The translations under genes were made by a program, and so were the position numbers. The notes under the pieces are model-generated. The model was not told the DNA's origin. It searched no databases and saw nothing but the letters and a program-made list of their open reading frames with translations. A stretch of DNA of 55,312 nt from IMG/VR virus record IMGVR_UViG_3300031525_000003; one strand, written 5' to 3'. This DNA is from an uncultured virus (IMG/VR IMGVR_UViG_3300031525_000003) (Duplodnaviria; Heunggongvirae; Uroviricota; Caudoviricetes). Below are positions 36,230 through 45,198 of this stretch, piece by piece (within the stretch, counting starts at the first letter, position 1; each line of letters opens with the position of its first letter).

Positions 36230-36438
36230 CGCGGTACCGGACAGGCGATCGTGTGGAGGTCTCGCCGGACTTCCCGGAGACGAAGCTTCGGATCTTGGGC
36301 CTTCGTGTGGGCGAGCGTGGCACGGTCCGGCAGGTGATGCGGGCGCGCGCAGACGGCGAAGGCATCGCGATCGTGGACTGGGACAGTGGACGTCGTACAA
36401 ACGCCAACGAGGGCCACCTCGCGCGCGAGGCGTTGTGA
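36223..36438 (+). CDS. SH3/KOW-like small beta protein
   Basis: YRTGDRVEV...GERGTV...IVDWDSG...L. Confidence 0.55.
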   Translation: MLTRYRTGDRVEVSPDFPETKLRILGLRVGERGTVRQVMRARADGEGIAIVDWDSGRRTNANEGHLAREAL

Positions 36439-36454
36439 GCGGAAGGAATTGGAG

Positions 36455-36895
36455 ATGCTCGTTCAATTCAACGTGACGCCTGAGCGCGCGCGCGGCGAGG
36501 CGCGCCTTTTCTTCACCTTGCACGGCGGCAGCGCGCACTACGGCAAGCACGTGCGCATCCGCGCGGGCGGCGTTGCCCAGTGGTCCAGGATCCGGGCGCT
36601 CACTGCCCGTGGCAAGGCGTTTCTGCGCGCCATGAAGGACCGGTTCGTGTGGCGCCAGGCACCGCGCAGTAGCTCGAAGGAGAGCGCGACGGTCGCCAGG
36701 CGCGGCGACTACGTCTACGTGACCGGTGGGCCGTACACCAGCAGCAACGGCCAGGTGGACTTCGTCGACGAGAAAGGCAAGCGCGCGCTCGTCGACTTCG
36801 GCGGGGGACGCAGCGGCGGCCTCACGTGGGTCGCTCTGGAGCATCTCTACGTTCCGGCGCGAGCGGTCGTCGACCGACGAAAGGAGCGCGTGTAA
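36455..36895 (+). CDS. KOW-motif (NusG C-terminal-like) protein
   Basis: GDYVYVTGGPY.S.NG.V..VD....RALVDF. Confidence 0.65.
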   Translation: MLVQFNVTPERARGEARLFFTLHGGSAHYGKHVRIRAGGVAQWSRIRALTARGKAFLRAMKDRFVWRQAPRSSSKESATVARRGDYVYVTGGPYTSSNGQVDFVDEKGKRALVDFGGGRSGGLTWVALEHLYVPARAVVDRRKERV

Positions 36896-36896
36896 G

Positions 36897-37175
36897 ATGG
36901 GCGGAACCATGGACAACGACAAGAAGCTGGAGATCGTACCGGGACACGTCGGGTACTCCCCCGACTACAAGAGCGACAAGCGCCCGAAGGGAGAAGGCTT
37001 CCTGGGCGAGCGCATCCTCGAAGCACAGAAGACGCTGCTCGCCAACGAGCCGGGCGCGCCCCTCGACGATGAAATCGTCCGGATGGTCGCGGGCCTCAAG
37101 AGGTCACTCTCCAAGCGCGACATGCGCTACGTCATCCAGGAACTCTCTCGCGAGCTGGGACAGGCGGTCGGGTGA
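36897..37175 (+). CDS. hypothetical protein
   Basis: in the gene train. Confidence 0.6.
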   Translation: MGGTMDNDKKLEIVPGHVGYSPDYKSDKRPKGEGFLGERILEAQKTLLANEPGAPLDDEIVRMVAGLKRSLSKRDMRYVIQELSRELGQAVG

Positions 37176-37447
37176 TGGGACAATCCCCGACGGAGCAGAA
37201 CCCCATCGTGGTCTGCGAGGCGTGCAAGAAAGAGCACGACCTGACGTCCTGGAAGTCGCTGCGCGTCGTTGGCGTTGGTGTGAAAGGCATCTGCGTCAAC
37301 GGCAAGGAGACGGCCACAGCTCTCGCACAGGACCGCCAGTGCACGTGCGGTGGAACCATCCAGATCCAGTTCCCGCTGGCCGAAGGCACGACGCCGTTCC
37401 AGGCGGACTGCCTGGTCGTGGCCGCCATGGCAGGGGCCGCCCCGTGA
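37172..37447 (+). CDS. Zn-ribbon protein
   Basis: GTGA coupling; CEAC...CTCG. Confidence 0.6.
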   Translation: MMGQSPTEQNPIVVCEACKKEHDLTSWKSLRVVGVGVKGICVNGKETATALAQDRQCTCGGTIQIQFPLAEGTTPFQADCLVVAAMAGAAP

Positions 37448-37764
37448 ACGACATCGCGCAGACCATCCCGGAGTGTCGAATCTGCGGCGGCACGCTGGTT
37501 CGGGACGAGACCAGCTGGCATTGCCACGAGTGCGGCCTGCAGTACAAGTTCGTGAGCCGGTACAGGAACGAGCACGCTCGCACCGCCATCGATGGATCGG
37601 AGCGACAGCAGAAACGCCTGCGCGACTTCATGGAGCAAAACTCGGCGTGGCTCCTGGACCAGATGGAGAGGATGTCCTGCCAGGCCTGCAGGGACGCGAA
37701 GGATCCACGGAACGTGGCGTTTGGGCGCGAGTGCGCCAAGCACAAGGCGCCTCCGAGCGCATGA
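37444..37764 (+). CDS. Zn-ribbon protein
   Basis: GTGA coupling; CRIC...CHECG. Confidence 0.65.
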   Translation: MNDIAQTIPECRICGGTLVRDETSWHCHECGLQYKFVSRYRNEHARTAIDGSERQQKRLRDFMEQNSAWLLDQMERMSCQACRDAKDPRNVAFGRECAKHKAPPSA

Positions 37765-39155
37765 ACGGCAGGATCATGATGGCCAACACGCCGACGCCCG
37801 AGCCGCCCAGCCTTGGGGACCAGCTGTCGACGCTGGCTCGCCACATCGCCACGCTCGACAAGGACGGCCGTGGCATCCCGGCCTCCGACATCGTCGACTC
37901 GCTCTACCCGCTCCGGATCGGCGACGGCCTGGAGGACGTGCGTCAGGCCATCGCACTGCTGACCCACACCGATCACGGCCGCGCCCCCGCGCCCATCCGC
38001 CTTGGCGCCGTGCTTGGGCGCTACAAGGGGAGACCTCTTCCTGGCGGGATCTGTCTCGCACGGGGGGCGTACGAGGTGGGGATGACGCGATGGACGACGG
38101 GCGCGGCCGCTTCTCCGGTACCCACGGTGGCCGCCGTTCCTGAGGAGGTTGCGCCCGCCCCAGCCGCAGCGACGGTGCACACGTACAGTAAGTTGCTGGT
38201 CGATGACGAGCCTCATGCCCGCGTGCGCATCGAGATGTCCGTGGGCCAGTGGCTCGCCGATCACTGCGACAAGCTGCCGCACACCCCGAAGTCCCTGGTG
38301 GTGCTCGCTGGTTCGACAGCGCACCCGCAGGACTTCACGGCGGCGTCGAGCGACATGACACCGCGCGTCTGCGTCGTCTACACGAAGTTCACCAGCCTGC
38401 TTGGCGGCCGGCTCGCGCTGCCGGCCCGCGTATGGGAATCCTTGAGCATCCTTCGGCAGAGGCAACAGCTCGACGTCTACGTGTGCTTCTGCAGTGAGTT
38501 TCCGGCGAACGTGACCTTCGACCGCTACGACAAGTATGCTTGGCCGCCGCCGGGAGCCACCCCCAAGGCGGTCAAGTCGATGTTGACGTGGCCTGAAGAG
38601 CTTGGGACGGTCGTGGCGGACTTCCGTGAGATCACCCCAAACCTGCAGACTTTGCTCCAGTTGGGCGGCGGCATCGCCGCCCCATCCGCACCACCATTGA
38701 CCCGCTTCGAGACCATGCTCCTTCAGCAGGATCGTGATCTCGCGGCAGCGGTAGAACGTGGCTGGCTGTTGACAGGCACCAGCCCCGGCGATGGCATCTG
38801 CGCCATGTGGAGGCGGCGGTGCGATGTGGAGTGCTGCGTTTTTCTGTACGTCTCGACCTACTCGACGGCCCGAGGGGTTGTCCCAGGTCACGAGCGCGCC
38901 GCCATCCGCATGGAGGTGGACAGCGCCATGTCGGAGACGACCGTGGACGATCTTGCTGCGCGCGTGAAGCCTCTGCTCACCGAAGCCGAGTACATCGCCA
39001 TGCACATCAACAATCGCCTGGTCTCCATGCAGTGCGCCGGGGAAGTGGCGGAGACTCTCGGCGCCATGCTCTACAACGCCAGTCAGCGCGTACGCGCAAA
39101 GCGCCTGAGCCTCGTGCGCTCCCCCGGCGCGCCGCCAGCTCCGGACGCCCCATGA
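37761..39155 (+). CDS. multidomain protein with N-terminal winged-helix-like domain (paralogous to 40360 gene)
   Basis: ATGA coupling; RLGAVLGRYKGRPLPGGICL...W. Confidence 0.7.
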   Translation: MNGRIMMANTPTPEPPSLGDQLSTLARHIATLDKDGRGIPASDIVDSLYPLRIGDGLEDVRQAIALLTHTDHGRAPAPIRLGAVLGRYKGRPLPGGICLARGAYEVGMTRWTTGAAASPVPTVAAVPEEVAPAPAAATVHTYSKLLVDDEPHARVRIEMSVGQWLADHCDKLPHTPKSLVVLAGSTAHPQDFTAASSDMTPRVCVVYTKFTSLLGGRLALPARVWESLSILRQRQQLDVYVCFCSEFPANVTFDRYDKYAWPPPGATPKAVKSMLTWPEELGTVVADFREITPNLQTLLQLGGGIAAPSAPPLTRFETMLLQQDRDLAAAVERGWLLTGTSPGDGICAMWRRRCDVECCVFLYVSTYSTARGVVPGHERAAIRMEVDSAMSETTVDDLAARVKPLLTEAEYIAMHINNRLVSMQCAGEVAETLGAMLYNASQRVRAKRLSLVRSPGAPPAPDAP

Positions 39156-39670
39156 ACAGTTTTGTGGCCAAGATTCGGAAGCGAGCAATGACCGTCCTCC
39201 GCGCGCGCGGCGTCCGAAAAATGTGGACCTCGGGCGAGCGTGGTCTCATCTGGCTCGAAGGCGAGGATGTACGGACCCTGGTTGTCTCCCGGTTCAACAA
39301 CAGCCACGCCATCGTGCGCTTGGCCATCGACTACGAGCCGGTCGTCCGTCCCCGAGAGACCGAGCTGACCGACGTTCTGGCCATGCCATCCCGGCGTTCG
39401 TACGGCGCCTCCGAGTTGACGATCCTGCTCGACGAAGTCGACACCATGCTGCCCTGGGCGATGTCCTACGACGCGGGCGCGCGCACGAGCCCCGTGAACG
39501 TTCCTTCGATCGCCGGGGCCGTCGCGAAGCTGCCGCCGGAGATCTACTGGCCGCGGTCCTGGAACGGCGCATGGTCGGCGCGCGCGGCGGAGGCCGAGCG
39601 GCACCTGGCGCCATCCCATCACCGTCGACAGAAGGAAAAAAACTTGCAACTCGCGCGCAACCTCAAGTAG
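39152..39670 (+). CDS. hypothetical protein
   Basis: ATGA coupling; last gene before the non-coding island. Confidence 0.65.
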   Translation: MNSFVAKIRKRAMTVLRARGVRKMWTSGERGLIWLEGEDVRTLVVSRFNNSHAIVRLAIDYEPVVRPRETELTDVLAMPSRRSYGASELTILLDEVDTMLPWAMSYDAGARTSPVNVPSIAGAVAKLPPEIYWPRSWNGAWSARAAEAERHLAPSHHRRQKEKNLQLARNLK

Positions 39671-39786
39671 GCTCGCCGGTTCGCGTACGGATCGTTGAGG
39701 CGCCCGGTCCCAGAGACCGCAGCTGCCACCGACTCAGAGGACGCGACAAGCACCCGGGGATGCCACTCCGAAGGACGCCTTTGTTT

Positions 39787-40331
39787 GTGCGCGAGTCCTA
39801 CCCCGGACGAGTCAAGTGCGCGTAGATATTCAGTTCACAACTGTGAACACCGGGGTCCAGTAACGATGTGGCGATTTGGACACTTGCAGGCCATGTTGCT
39901 AGTCTTTTCGCCACAATCACCTGATAGGAGTATGTTGCAACACCGCCCATTCTTTTGTCGCGTGACCGCGGTACTTTATCGATGTCCTCCGGTGAACATC
40001 CTGGCCCAGCTGGGCGTTGGGAGGCAGAAACCGCACAAAAACAGAGTCCTTGACATTCTGCAAGCCCATGTTCTTACAGCAGACCCGTTTTGCCAATTCA
40101 TAGGGCTCCTGGATTGGATATGACACCGGAGGACAAGAAAAACGCTAGTGAGTTTCCGTACTTTGAGTGCGCAGCGTCTTGAAACGCGCCAATATTGAAC
40201 GTAAACCGAAAACACGTAGTAAAAGGTATTGGTTGCATCTTCCTTGCAGGCCAGAAGGTGGACCCCGGAGTTCACAGTTGGGAGTCTAGTGATGTTCGCT
40301 ACATGCCGTGTCCGGGGTACGAGTCGCGCAC
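39787..40331. repeat. bipartite inverted repeats flanking an AT-richer non-coding island
   Basis: outer arms 39787-39808 / 40310-40331 (20/22), inner arms 39838-39859 / 40259-40280 (21/22), 29-bp gap on each side. Confidence 0.85.
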
Positions 40332-40359
40332 CGAACTCGCGTGCAACGGAGGATGACCG

Positions 40360-41466
40360 GTGACCATGGAGCCTGAACGCAGGACGGAGGCGACGGAGGA
40401 CTTCGAGGCTGTTCTGGAGGCGGTACGGAGCCTTTCAGAGCGATCCGGCGCGCCTGTGACCACCAGCCAGCTGGTCGCGAGCGTGTTTGCGGATGAGGGG
40501 GTGGTGGGCGAGCGGTACCTGGGGGCTCGCCAAGGCCTCTCGCTGGCGCTGGGATGGGTTCGGGAGGGCGCACCCAGCACTCGCATCGTGGGCGCGTACC
40601 TGGGACGCCACCGGGGCCAGGTGGCCGGCGGCTATCGCCTGGACCGTGTGGCGTACACGCCCGCCCGTGGGGCGCTCTGGGCGGCGTCGCCCGAGGACAC
40701 CCCGGCTCCGGCCGTGGAGGAGGCGCCTCCCCAGGGCGGCGACCGCGGCGTGCGGGCCGAGGAAAAGCGCGCGCTCGACCGGCAGCGGCTCATCGCGATG
40801 CTGGAGAGCCCGGACGTCGTCGACCGGTTGAGCGCGCTCGTCGCCAAACTGGAGAAGCCCCGGCGTCGCCGTAAGCCGCAGAAGCTGGAGGGCAAGACGT
40901 TCCTCATCGAGGAGGAGTACAAGCTCCTGCAGGCGGGCCGGGAACGGCTGGGGATCATGCGCATGGCGCGCGTGCTGGGGATCCGCTCGGAGACCGTACG
41001 CGAGCTACTGAAGATCGATCGCGTGACGAAGCGCAGCGCCGCGCGCGTGAGGGAGGCGTTGCCGAAGCTTCGCAAGGAGCTGGCGTCATTGAGCCCCAAG
41101 CCGGAGCGGCGACCGAAGCGCATCCATCTGCAGCGCCCCGCCGAAGACCTCCGCGGCAAGATCATCGCCCTCCGGCCGTTCGTGCACGTCGAACGGCTGG
41201 CCTACGCGCTGGGCACGACGGTGATGACCGTGCGCGCGATCATCGGCGGGTACCGAAAGATGCACCAGTCGCTCCTGGAGGACGTCCGGATCCGGCTCGA
41301 CTTCCTCCTGACGGCGCCCTACGTGGATCTGCGTGGCGCGCTGGTCGCGCCGCGTGTGGCCGTGCTGGAGTCGCTCCGTCTGGGCCAGCTGCCTCCGCTG
41401 CCCGGCATGACGACGGCGGCGACCGAGGCGTTTGTCCGCGAAGCGACGAAGCCGCGGGAGTCGTGA
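40360..41466 (+). CDS. putative DNA-binding protein (winged-helix-like domain plus two HTH-like segments)
   Basis: IVGAYLGRHRGQVAGGYRL...W; MARVLGIRSETVRELL; LAYALGTTVMTVRAII. Confidence 0.7.
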   Translation: MTMEPERRTEATEDFEAVLEAVRSLSERSGAPVTTSQLVASVFADEGVVGERYLGARQGLSLALGWVREGAPSTRIVGAYLGRHRGQVAGGYRLDRVAYTPARGALWAASPEDTPAPAVEEAPPQGGDRGVRAEEKRALDRQRLIAMLESPDVVDRLSALVAKLEKPRRRRKPQKLEGKTFLIEEEYKLLQAGRERLGIMRMARVLGIRSETVRELLKIDRVTKRSAARVREALPKLRKELASLSPKPERRPKRIHLQRPAEDLRGKIIALRPFVHVERLAYALGTTVMTVRAIIGGYRKMHQSLLEDVRIRLDFLLTAPYVDLRGALVAPRVAVLESLRLGQLPPLPGMTTAATEAFVREATKPRES

Positions 41467-41476
41467 GCGGTAGCTC

Positions 41477-41719
41477 CTAGACGTCCTTGCCGGCCCGGCA
41501 GTTTTCGATGACTTCGTCGTCGCTCGTGTGCCCGGCCATGGTGCCGATGGAGATGACGTACCGGTCGATCAGATCGCAGAACGAGTGATCCGGATGCTGA
41601 TCCCAGAGCTTGGCGATGCATGCCAGGACGTGCTCGCGATGGGATGAGCCATGATCGACCCAGCGCGGGATCTCGTCCTCCGCGTCGGGATCGGTTGCTT
41701 TCGGTGTGGTGTCGGTCAT
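41477..41719 (-). CDS. hypothetical protein
   Basis: VL.CI..LW..HPD..FC.LI....SDDE. Confidence 0.6.
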   Translation of the reverse strand: MTDTTPKATDPDAEDEIPRWVDHGSSHREHVLACIAKLWDQHPDHSFCDLIDRYVISIGTMAGHTSDDEVIENCRAGKDV

Positions 41720-41730
41720 CAGCGGCTCGC

Positions 41731-42174
41731 TCAGTCCCCCACGAAGGTGTCGTACGCGCGCAGCATGTTGCTCCACGCCCGGGTGCGGTCGTCCGCCGTA
41801 CCGCTACGAGCTGCCACCGCCACGCGCCCGACCGCGGCGATCACTTCGGACACGTTCCCAGAGCCACGCCACTCCGGCTCCGGCACGTAGGCGCCGCACG
41901 GCCCGCATGTTTCGCTGTTTGCTTGGCCGGCGGTGGTGCCGCTCGTCCCCTGGGGATCCCACGGCGTCTGGCACGAGGGGCAGAAGGGCTGGCCTGCCCT
42001 GCCATACTGGATGCGGCGGAACTTGCAGCGGCATCCGCACGCGGGGTCCGCGCAGATCGGGGCAGGGTTTTTCCCCGGATTGAGAGCGAAGTGCCCGCAG
42101 CTGGGGCACCAGGAGATCGCCACGCTCTTGGGGGGCGCACCTGCGGAGGCCCGAGTCGGCTTGCGGGCTTTCAT
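41731..42174 (-). CDS. Cys-rich Zn-ribbon protein
   Basis: GAGGT upstream; CPSC x2, CGPC. Confidence 0.6.
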   Translation of the reverse strand: MKARKPTRASAGAPPKSVAISWCPSCGHFALNPGKNPAPICADPACGCRCKFRRIQYGRAGQPFCPSCQTPWDPQGTSGTTAGQANSETCGPCGAYVPEPEWRGSGNVSEVIAAVGRVAVAARSGTADDRTRAWSNMLRAYDTFVGD

Positions 42175-42262
42175 CGCGCCACCTCGGCCCGACAGGACGC
42201 CGCGTTCTCGGTGCGCCATCGCCCCAGCCAACATCCATCCTCCGTTTTCGTTGAGGTCACGG

Positions 42263-42658
42263 TCACGGTCTCACCTGAAAGCCGCCGTTGCGAAACCAGC
42301 GGACGAACGCGATGGCCCAACGGCTGACGATGACGACACCAAGACCGAGCATGAAGATTGGCCACCACGAGAAAATCAATAGAGCGCGGTATGGGGCCTG
42401 CTTGAAGTAGGACGGTTCGGTTCCACCGTAGTCCCCGTGGTCGTCCATGAACACGGCCACAGCCGCGAACATGAGACCAGCGAAATAGACACCTTCGGTG
42501 ACTACTCGCTCGTGGCCACCGTTGAATGTGGGCGGCACCCAGATCGGTGTGAGCACCCAGATGGTGGAGAACGGAACAGCCATCGCAACGAGGAGACCGA
42601 AAGGGACCCAGAGACTTCCTCGATTGGGCACCGTTGGCTCGGGGCGGTAAGGGCTCAT
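42263..42658 (-). CDS. membrane protein (about 3 TM)
   Basis: three hydrophobic segments. Confidence 0.6.
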   Translation of the reverse strand: MSPYRPEPTVPNRGSLWVPFGLLVAMAVPFSTIWVLTPIWVPPTFNGGHERVVTEGVYFAGLMFAAVAVFMDDHGDYGGTEPSYFKQAPYRALLIFSWWPIFMLGLGVVIVSRWAIAFVRWFRNGGFQVRP

Positions 42659-42732
42659 GATTTACCTTCGAGGCCTGTGGCCTTGTAACGACGTCATCTT
42701 GTATGCGCCCGCAGCGGCGCGGTCCTCGCTCA

Positions 42733-42753
42733 TGTCCGACATGCGGTATAACA
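42733..42753. promoter_or_regulatory. 21-bp dyad site (copy 4)
   Basis: tgtccgac-atgcg-gtataaca; a minus-strand ATG at 42733 overlaps its end, same geometry as 24801. Confidence 0.7.
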
Positions 42754-42905
42754 TTACGCAAAAGGCGTACGCCCGCAACCGTTGCGTCGTGGTGCGCGCG
42801 TCGAGTAGTCTGCGATCTCCGCCGTAGGCTCCTTGAAAACTCCCGCGTCGTGGTCCGCTCCGTGACGATAGCGCCCGCGCTCCCTCGCTTGCGAGGATGG
42901 TTACA

Positions 42906-43223
42906 TCAGCGTTCCACTGCGGACGCTTCGTCGAGCGATCGGATGGCCTCTGCGACAGCCTCCGACGGCGCGTAGCGGAGATCGTTGATGATCCGTGCAC
43001 GATGGGTCACGACGAGCAGATTGAGCGCCCTCCTGTGGATGCAAGACGCCCTCATCACCAGCCCAAGTGTGTCCCGGCGGTTCACCTCGATGGTTTTCTT
43101 CAGCACCTCGACCTCGCGCTCCAGCTCGATGCGCAGGCTGTCCGCCTGGACGACCAGGGCCTCGACCTCCGCGTCGAGGCGGGCGGCGTTCAGAGGAGAC
43201 TTCGGGGCTGCATCTGTCGTCAT
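42906..43223 (-). CDS. hypothetical coiled-coil protein
   Basis: AGGT upstream; heptads. Confidence 0.6.
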   Translation of the reverse strand: MTTDAAPKSPLNAARLDAEVEALVVQADSLRIELEREVEVLKKTIEVNRRDTLGLVMRASCIHRRALNLLVVTHRARIINDLRYAPSEAVAEAIRSLDEASAVER

Positions 43224-43251
43224 ACAGACCTACCTACCACGTCTCCACGTG

Positions 43252-43377
43252 CGCGCGGATGGCCCCAACCCACTCGGCTCGCAGGCACGAGTAACGGCCC
43301 GCGCGTTCGCGCGGATGGCCCGGTGAAGCCCGATCTGCTGCTTCAGTCCGTTGATTTTGCGCGCGCGTGGATGACCC
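43252..43377 (+). repeat. three 14-bp repeats CGCGCGGATGGCCC with exact 56-bp period
   Basis: 43252, 43308 (identical) and 43364 (12/14). Confidence 0.6.
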
Positions 43378-43447
43378 GCGCGGTCTTGTCGCGAGCCGAG
43401 AGCGCCCCTACGGTGGCTTCATCAACGGCAAGCGAGGAGGCGACATC

Positions 43448-43624
43448 ATGGGACCGAAAGATCGCGAAGCACACGGGAACAACACCAGCCACCCCGGGTA
43501 CGACAAGAGCGTGGGCTACGTGCCGGACACGTACGGGAACAGGGTCGATCCGAACCAGTCCAGGGATGACTTCGAGAGCGAGAAAAGTGACGAGTCGGGG
43601 CCGCCGGAAGGCCACGTGTACTGA
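43448..43624 (+). CDS. small hydrophilic protein
   Basis: GAGGAGG upstream of ATG 43448. Confidence 0.55.
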   Translation: MGPKDREAHGNNTSHPGYDKSVGYVPDTYGNRVDPNQSRDDFESEKSDESGPPEGHVY

Positions 43625-43668
43625 GCCTCCGGTGGATAGAGCGCCCGTCACGCCCTAGAAGGAGGACC

Positions 43669-44769
43669 GTGAAGATTGCACTGGTGGGTGGGGTCTTCGA
43701 CTCCGGCGGCGGGCGTCCTTCCGGGTACGTCGAGCGCCTCTCGCGAGCGCTGGTGGCCTGCGAGGGGGAGCTTGACGTCTACGTGAACGGTGGCCACTGG
43801 GCGCTCCTTGATGGCCTCGTGGAGGCGCTGGGCGACGTCGACGCCGCGTTCTGGTTTGCGGACGTCCCGAACGAGCTGCCCAAGCTCGTCACCGGGATCA
43901 AGGAGCGGTGGCCCAAGCTCCTCCTGGTGACGTCCAAGCGCAACCTGGACGCGGCCTACGGGATGACGGAGATCTTGGGGCGCGCGCTGAAGTCGAAGTC
44001 GAACCTCCTGGTGGAGCTGACGGGCGAGCGCTCGAACGTCGAGTCCACCGTGCTCGATCCGCTGGGCTCCGCCTACTGCCTGCGCGAGAGGGACATCGGG
44101 CGCGTGGCCCAGGTGCTCCTGGCGCGCCTTGGGCGTCTGTGGGAGTTCAAGCGGGTGGGCTCGACGCCGGTGGGCGACGGCGCGCGCGTCGAGCCGCCGC
44201 CCGGCGCGGAGCTGGAAGAGTTCTACGGGCTCGTGAGGGATCAGGCCGAGCGGTTCCACGCGATCATCCACGGCGTGGGGCACGAGCGGATGATGGGCAA
44301 CGCGAGCTTCCGGTGCGCCCGAGGGTTTCCGTCGTTCCGCGAGGGGCCGCTCATCTTCGTGTCGCAGCGGGACGTCGACAAGCGGTTCATCGGGCCGGAG
44401 GCGTTCGTGGCCGTGTCGGCGGAGGCGCTCGATCCCGTGCGCTATTACGGCCCGGCCAAGCCATCGGTGGACACGCCCATCCAGGTGCGTCTCTACGCGC
44501 TCTACCCGCGCGTCCGGTACATGCTCCACTCGCACACGTACATCGAGTCGGCGCCGACGACCCGGGAGCCAATCCCGTGCGGCGCGGTCGAGGAGGCGGA
44601 CGCGGTCCGCGAGCTGGTCCCCGATCTCGACGCCGCGGACTTCAGCGTGAACCTCCGTGGGCACGGGTCGATCGTCCTGGCCTCCAAGCTCGACACGCTA
44701 CGCGAGCAGCCGTGGTGTCCGCGGCCCGTTCCAGAGCTGGCCGCGCCTGTTGCGCGGAAGCCCCGCTGA
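43669..44769 (+). CDS. class II aldolase/adducin-fold protein with extra N-terminal domain
   Basis: AAGGAGG upstream; GNAS.R, PS.DTP.Q..LY, HSH, PCG..EE, NL.GHG. Confidence 0.75.
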   Translation: MKIALVGGVFDSGGGRPSGYVERLSRALVACEGELDVYVNGGHWALLDGLVEALGDVDAAFWFADVPNELPKLVTGIKERWPKLLLVTSKRNLDAAYGMTEILGRALKSKSNLLVELTGERSNVESTVLDPLGSAYCLRERDIGRVAQVLLARLGRLWEFKRVGSTPVGDGARVEPPPGAELEEFYGLVRDQAERFHAIIHGVGHERMMGNASFRCARGFPSFREGPLIFVSQRDVDKRFIGPEAFVAVSAEALDPVRYYGPAKPSVDTPIQVRLYALYPRVRYMLHSHTYIESAPTTREPIPCGAVEEADAVRELVPDLDAADFSVNLRGHGSIVLASKLDTLREQPWCPRPVPELAAPVARKPR

Positions 44770-44922
44770 TGGCCCTCCCACAACTCTTACCGCGCCTCGC
44801 GCGGATGGTTCGACGAGCGCCGTGTGTTTCCGACTGCTGGCCCGTGTTATCGCGCGGATTGTCCTGGCACTGTGCTGACGGTGCTGGCTGCCGTGGAGCC
44901 CGCGTTGTTGCGCGGATACGGG
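44762..44922 (+). repeat. second cluster of GCGCGGAT-core repeats
   Basis: degenerate copies at 44762, 44798, 44851 and 44909. Confidence 0.45.
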
Positions 44923-44941
44923 CTGGAGTAGCCACCACGCA

Positions 44942-44971
44942 GTGACATACTGTCTGACGTGTGGTATAACA
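44942..44971 (+). promoter_or_regulatory. sigma70-type promoter overlapped by 21-bp dyad site (copy 5)
   Basis: GTGACA-N17-TATAAC; dyad tgtctgac-gtgtg-gtataaca 44951-44971. Confidence 0.75.
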
Positions 44972-44979
44972 GTGCGGTC

Positions 44980-45171
44980 ATGACCCAAACCGAGGCATCT
45001 GTGGAACCTGGAAGCGAACCGTCGTTTCGCTTGCCATTTCGCTACGGTGCGGACGACGTGAGGCACCTGGTTGAGGACGCTGAGGGGCGGTTTGTGGCCA
45101 GCTGCGAGCACAAGAGCGTTGCCGAGAGCATCGTCAACGCCCTGAACTTGATGCACCGGAACGCTCGTTGA
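44980..45171 (+). CDS. small hypothetical protein
   Basis: ATG 9 nt after the -10; DAEGRFVA.C....A..IV.ALN. Confidence 0.65.
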   Translation: MTQTEASVEPGSEPSFRLPFRYGADDVRHLVEDAEGRFVASCEHKSVAESIVNALNLMHRNAR

Positions 45172-45198
45172 CGAAGCCCACCACCACGCGCTGCCCCC

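Noticed and set aside
11158..39188. Long minus-strand ORFs (11158..12609, 14239..15858, 26398..28359, 37296..39188 and others)
   Set aside because: These are antisense shadows of coupled + strand genes in high-GC DNA, with no motifs or RBS.
39695..40275. ORFs 39695..40123, 39917..40126 and 39976..40275 inside the island
   Set aside because: They have atypical composition and no RBS or motifs, so the region is better explained as non-coding.
39787..40331. Island as an IS element
   Set aside because: There is no transposase ORF and no target-site duplication at either arm pair. A non-autonomous element cannot be fully excluded.
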